Origin: Spirochaetaceae bacterium
Lineage (GTDB): Bacteria > Spirochaetota > Spirochaetia > DSM-2461
DNA: 64,000 nucleotides
Direction of reading: 5' to 3'
Assembly: GCA_965224705.1 (NCBI GenBank)
Contig: OZ245056.1
Span: 896,001-960,000, forward strand
The position numbers and the translations under genes were made by a program. How positions within the stretch are numbered: position 1 is the stretch's first letter; the number at the start of each line of letters is the position of its first letter. The notes beneath the pieces were generated by a model. That model did not search any database, was not told the DNA's origin, and worked only from the letters and a program-made list of their open reading frames with translations. This document shows, in pieces, positions 59,994-64,000 of this stretch.

Positions 59994-60725
59994 TCATGCA
60001 TTTGGCCCAAGTTTCACTTCCACCCTCAGAAGCATTGAGTTCACGACAAGAGCCAGTAAGGCAGAAGCAGCAGCACCCTGGAATACCCAGGCCGGATTAT
60101 CCCTGATCAAACCAGCCACGATGGGCGAACCCAATCCTCCAGCCCCGGCCAGGGCTGCAATCGTGGCCGTACCGATATTGATAACGGTACTGGTTCTTAC
60201 CCCATTTCCAATCATTGGCATGGCCAGGGGGAGTTCAACACGGAAAAGAACCTGTGCAGGACTCATACCCATGCCTCTGGCCGCTACCAGAACGGGTTCA
60301 GGAAGTCCTTCAATAGCCGTTAATGTGTTATTGAGTACAGGAAGAATGCTGTACAGAACCAATGCCAGAAGTACTGGTTTAGATCCGAATCCCAGAAAAG
60401 GGATGGCCAGAGCAAGCACCGCTGCCGGAGGAATGGTTTGTGCCAGTGAGGAGGCATCCCGGATCAATGGAAGAAATTCCCTGCCATAGCTCCGTGTGAT
60501 GAATATCGCACAGGATACCCCGATAACAGTGGCGATCCCTGCTGCGATAAGAGACAATGACAGATGTTGAATGGTCAGGGTGAAGAGTGCTGCCCGGGGA
60601 AATACCCATTCATCAACTTCGGGAAACAGTACATGGAGCAGGGGATCCAGGAAGGTTGGAATACAGAGAACTGTCATGGCAATTATACCGATTATGGGTC
60701 CCAGAAAGAATCGCCTTGAAGTCAC
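59994..60725 (-). CDS. yehW: Osmoprotectant-type ABC permease (YehW-like)
   Basis: AARGMGMS..QVLFRVELPLA EAA loop; operon context. Confidence 0.8.
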   Translation of the reverse strand: MTSRRFFLGPIIGIIAMTVLCIPTFLDPLLHVLFPEVDEWVFPRAALFTLTIQHLSLSLIAAGIATVIGVSCAIFITRSYGREFLPLIRDASSLAQTIPPAAVLALAIPFLGFGSKPVLLALVLYSILPVLNNTLTAIEGLPEPVLVAARGMGMSPAQVLFRVELPLAMPMIGNGVRTSTVINIGTATIAALAGAGGLGSPIVAGLIRDNPAWVFQGAAASALLALVVNSMLLRVEVKLGPNA

Positions 60726-61690
60726 GATGCCTCCGACACACCGGCATTACTGATAAGATCTTCCATGGTTAATTTTCCTATAATGGTACGGGAAGAATTG
60801 ACAACATCAAGCGTTGAGAGACCTTCTTCCAGCATGAGAGCAAGGGCATCCTTGAGGGATGCATCACTGCGGATTGTTGACCTTGAAGATGCCGCTGCGA
60901 ATTGATGGTGGACATCTGTTGTAACATCTCCCACACTGATTCGTGCCAGACGTCTGAGTGCCCTGTCGTCACCAGTAAAATCCCGTACAAATGGATTTTG
61001 ATCCAGAAGCAGCTCCTCGGGGACGGCCACTGAAACAAGCCTCCCCTTGTTCATCACGGCGATTCTATCTCCAAGACGGATGGCCTCATCCAGATCATGG
61101 GTGACGAATACGACAGTCTTGCCGACTTCGGATTGTATGCGAAGAAATTCGCGCTGGAGGATTTCACGGGTGAGAGGATCGACTGCTCCGAAGGGTTCAT
61201 CCATCAAGAGAACCGGTGGATCGGCCGCCAATGCCCGTGCCACACCAACCCGCTGAGCCTCACCGCCGGAGAGTCGAGTCGGCCAGGCCTCAGCATATTG
61301 TTTTGGAGGCAGGCCAACCAGATCCAGAAGTTCCATAGTTCTCCGTTCGATTTTCCCCCTATCCCAGTTCAGTAATTTCGGAACAACTGCAATGTTGGCG
61401 GCCACATTCATGTGTGGGAAAAGTCCCACCTGCTGAATGCTGTACCCTATGCGTCGGCGGTGTTCGGCGGCTGGAATATTGGCTATATTCTCTCCATTCA
61501 CCAGAACACTTCCCTCATCAGGCTCTACAAGACGGTTTATCATCTTGAGGCAGGTGGTTTTCCCACATCCTGATGGACCAATGAGTACTAGAAGCTCACC
61601 TTCTTTTGTTGTGAGACTCAATCTGTCAACTGCTTTCTTCCTGCCATACTTCTTGCTTACTTCTTTCCATTCCAATCTCATATTATCCAC
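60722..61690 (-). CDS. yehX: Osmoprotectant-type ABC ATPase (YehX/OsmV-like)
   Basis: GPSGCGKTT, LSGGEAQR and MDEPFGAVDP motifs; CBS-like tail. Confidence 0.85.
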   Translation of the reverse strand: MDNMRLEWKEVSKKYGRKKAVDRLSLTTKEGELLVLIGPSGCGKTTCLKMINRLVEPDEGSVLVNGENIANIPAAEHRRRIGYSIQQVGLFPHMNVAANIAVVPKLLNWDRGKIERRTMELLDLVGLPPKQYAEAWPTRLSGGEAQRVGVARALAADPPVLLMDEPFGAVDPLTREILQREFLRIQSEVGKTVVFVTHDLDEAIRLGDRIAVMNKGRLVSVAVPEELLLDQNPFVRDFTGDDRALRRLARISVGDVTTDVHHQFAAASSRSTIRSDASLKDALALMLEEGLSTLDVVNSSRTIIGKLTMEDLISNAGVSEAS

Positions 61691-62870
61691 CGTCGAGTCT
61701 CAGACCCGGAGAAACCCACTTACTGATAAGCCATTCCCACATTCTATCCATAGCAACAGCCAGGAATATGAGCGGTATCACGCCCAGAAGTATCAGGTCC
61801 GGTGCAGCCTGTCCAAGGCCCTGGAAGATCATGATTCCCAAACCGCCAGCTCCAATGAGGGCCGCAACGGCCGTATTTCCCACCGCCTGTACCGAGGCCG
61901 TTCTCAGTCCGGCCAGAACATGGGGAAGGGCGATTGGCCATCGGACTCTCAAAAAAAGTTGCCGGGTCGGCATTCCCATACCTCTTCCTACATCCAATAC
62001 AGCCTCGGAAACCCAGTCAAGGCCGGCTATCGTATTCCTCACCACGGGGAGCATGGCATATAGAGTCAGGGCTATCAAGGCCGGTGCAGCACCAACTCCG
62101 CTGATTCCCATTGTTTTCAGAAGCGGCCAGGCCTGGGAAAGAGCTGCAAGGGGGGTCATCAGAAGACCAAACAAGGCCATGGATGGTATCGTCTGAGCCC
62201 CGTCAACGAATGCAATGAGTGGTCCAGCCAATCGCCGATGGACAGACGCCAGTATACCGAGGGGAATTCCTATAATACCTGCGAAAAAAATGGCAAGTGA
62301 AAAAAGTTTGAAGTGAACCAGGCACTCCTCCAGAAAACGGCTGCGGCGGGCTGTAAATTCCTGGAAGACTGAAACAGAAGCCCCCCGGCCTCCGGCGAAA
62401 ATCAACAGGATCGGCAGCAGCAGCACAAGGGCCAGAGTAATATGCCTCCCTTTACCGCGTTTCAGTTTTGCATGATCTATAAGGATGTATCCTGCAACAG
62501 GCAGTCCCCAAAAGCCCAGAGCAGGACTTACTCTTGGGGCAACACCGGCATTCAGAAAGGTACCTGCTCTCACAAGCAGAGCACTGCTTAACCAGAAACA
62601 CATCAATCCTGCAATAAGGTAGACCATCTTCTGCCAGTTCTGTGTTTCGCTGGATTTTTCCGTGCGTGCTGCAGCCAGTATAACAGCTGCCACCGTCAAC
62701 ATCCCGAGAGTCAGTAGCATTGGACCCGCCAGAACTGTTCCGTTCATCAGAACACCTTCGACAACCCGATTTTCCTTCAGGGCGGCGAAGGGGGTAAAAA
62801 ATGATACAGATCCCACAAGCAGAGAGATGATGGGGAGGGGATCAATATGACGCTTCTGTAACGAGGTCAG
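61683..62870 (-). CDS. yehY: Osmoprotectant-type ABC permease (YehY-like); start uncertain (CTG 62870 or GTG 62816)
   Basis: QTIPSMALFGLL, GRGMGM and LIGAGGLG motifs; extended N-terminal TM region. Confidence 0.8.
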   Translation of the reverse strand: MTSLQKRHIDPLPIISLLVGSVSFFTPFAALKENRVVEGVLMNGTVLAGPMLLTLGMLTVAAVILAAARTEKSSETQNWQKMVYLIAGLMCFWLSSALLVRAGTFLNAGVAPRVSPALGFWGLPVAGYILIDHAKLKRGKGRHITLALVLLLPILLIFAGGRGASVSVFQEFTARRSRFLEECLVHFKLFSLAIFFAGIIGIPLGILASVHRRLAGPLIAFVDGAQTIPSMALFGLLMTPLAALSQAWPLLKTMGISGVGAAPALIALTLYAMLPVVRNTIAGLDWVSEAVLDVGRGMGMPTRQLFLRVRWPIALPHVLAGLRTASVQAVGNTAVAALIGAGGLGIMIFQGLGQAAPDLILLGVIPLIFLAVAMDRMWEWLISKWVSPGLRLDGG

Positions 62871-63826
62871 TTAATAAAACCTTTTTCCTTCAGCCATCCA
62901 CTGGCCACATCAGCGGCAGGTATCCCTTCAACAGCAATTCTGGCATTCAATGTTTGAAGGGTGACCAGATCCATCGTTGTGAATACGGGATTGAGGAGAG
63001 CGGCCAGTTCTGGGTACTCAGACAGGACGGCAGCTCGAACACGGGGTGCTGGTTCGTAAACCGGCTGAACTCCCATGTTATCTTCCAGAACAAGTAGACC
63101 AAGGGCGGCCAGCGGTCCATCGGTTCCATAGGCCATGGCGGCATTAACACCGTCCGTACCGCGAGCGGCTGTCTGCTCGGTCATGGCTGTATTCCCGCCG
63201 GAAAGAACCAGAAGTTGATCCTGTGTCAGTTCAAATCCGTATGCTTCCTGAAATGCCGGCAGGGAATCCGGGCGGCTTACAAATTCTTCCGAACCGGCCA
63301 GTTTCACGTATCCCCCAGAATTCACATAAGCGGCAAAATCACTCAGGGTTTTTAGATCCTCTCTGTCGGCCAGATCACCCCTGATGGCTATGGCCCAGGT
63401 ATTGTTTGCCGGAGCAGGTTCAAGCCATATGATATCAAAGGCTGCTCGATCCAATTCGCGAACCGCATCCAGAGCACCCTTCCTGTCCTTCCAGTCGTCT
63501 CCATAATCGTTGGGCATGAAGAACCAGTTTCCATTGCCGGTATACTCAGGATACATATCCACTTCACCTGTCTCCAGAGCCCGCCTCACCACATCGGTGG
63601 GACCAAGTTCTGTCTTGTCAATCACCTTGAAACCCGCATTCTCCAGAATCAAACGCATGACATTTCCCAGAAGAGCACCTTCTGTATCAATTTTGGATGC
63701 AATGGTAATGGGCCCCTTCAGGACTTCTTCATCCTGCCTTCGGACAAAAAGACCCACTGCCAATGCGGCCAGCAGAACTGCCAGCACAACTGTCAATATA
63801 ATAAATTTACTCAGTTTAATTTTCAC
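62867..63826 (-). CDS. osmF: Osmoprotectant-type ABC substrate-binding protein OsmF/YehZ
   Basis: SKIDTEGALLG, YPEYTGNG, PANNTWAIA and AMAYGTDG motifs. Confidence 0.9.
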   Translation of the reverse strand: MKIKLSKFIILTVVLAVLLAALAVGLFVRRQDEEVLKGPITIASKIDTEGALLGNVMRLILENAGFKVIDKTELGPTDVVRRALETGEVDMYPEYTGNGNWFFMPNDYGDDWKDRKGALDAVRELDRAAFDIIWLEPAPANNTWAIAIRGDLADREDLKTLSDFAAYVNSGGYVKLAGSEEFVSRPDSLPAFQEAYGFELTQDQLLVLSGGNTAMTEQTAARGTDGVNAAMAYGTDGPLAALGLLVLEDNMGVQPVYEPAPRVRAAVLSEYPELAALLNPVFTTMDLVTLQTLNARIAVEGIPAADVASGWLKEKGFIN

Positions 63827-63923
63827 TGCAATATAGACCTCTATACTCAGCGTACATTGTCCAGGAATAAGAGTACATACTCAGCAGTAGCATATTTAAG
63901 CAATTTAATATAGAATAAAAGCG

Positions 63924-64000
63924 ATGATTGACCTTCGATCGGATACGGTTACCCAACCTTCCACTTCCATGCGCAAGGCTATGGCCAACGCAATAACAGG
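63924..64000 (+). CDS. ltaE: Low-specificity L-threonine aldolase (5' fragment; runs off the window end)
   Basis: Manual translation MIDLRSDTVTQPSTSMRKAMANAITG, the characteristic LtaE N-terminus. Confidence 0.85.
   Translation, partial: MIDLRSDTVTQPSTSMRKAMANAIT

Noticed and set aside
1..64000. CRISPR arrays, rRNA, transposases, known riboswitches, anti-phage operons
   Set aside because: No regularly spaced repeats or diagnostic motifs were seen. The cyclase has no adjacent effector gene, so a Pycsar/CBASS call is unsupported.

Overview
Chromosomal window from a spirochaete. A clear cfpA gene (cytoplasmic filament protein) is present, and the gene content suggests a free-living anaerobe. 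Left to right: the start of an AT-rich surface-glycan acylation locus (ACP, acyl-AMP ligase, ketoreductase, GNAT-like protein, deacetylase); an ABC-2 exporter; an 11-gene operon (Liv-type ABC importer, KAS III-like enzyme, FabG, CoA-transferase, thiolase, hydrolase, double-TetR regulator); htpG; a CNNM/CBS protein; Campylobacterota-type nifS-nifU; feoA-feoA-feoB; aspS; serA; two cyclophilin-FKBP fusions; radA; ackA; a DJ-1 protein; pgeF; a DEAD-box helicase; tRNA-Pro(GGG); a LysM membrane protein-cfpA-hypothetical-PPDK-like cluster; a class III cyclase; a sigma54-controlled symporter/CoA-transferase unit; the osmF/yehYXW ABC importer; and the start of ltaE. Four copies of a ~163-bp MITE are present, one carrying a structured ~125-nt insert. 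Best candidate for an undescribed system: downstream of cfpA, the PPDK homologue has lost its ATP/AMP-site catalytic residues but keeps the phospho-His and the PEP site, and the intervening hypothetical protein ends in an HPr-like His domain. This suggests a PEP-driven, PTS-like phosphorelay linked to the spirochaete cytoskeleton. All family assignments are by eye from motifs; no searches were run.
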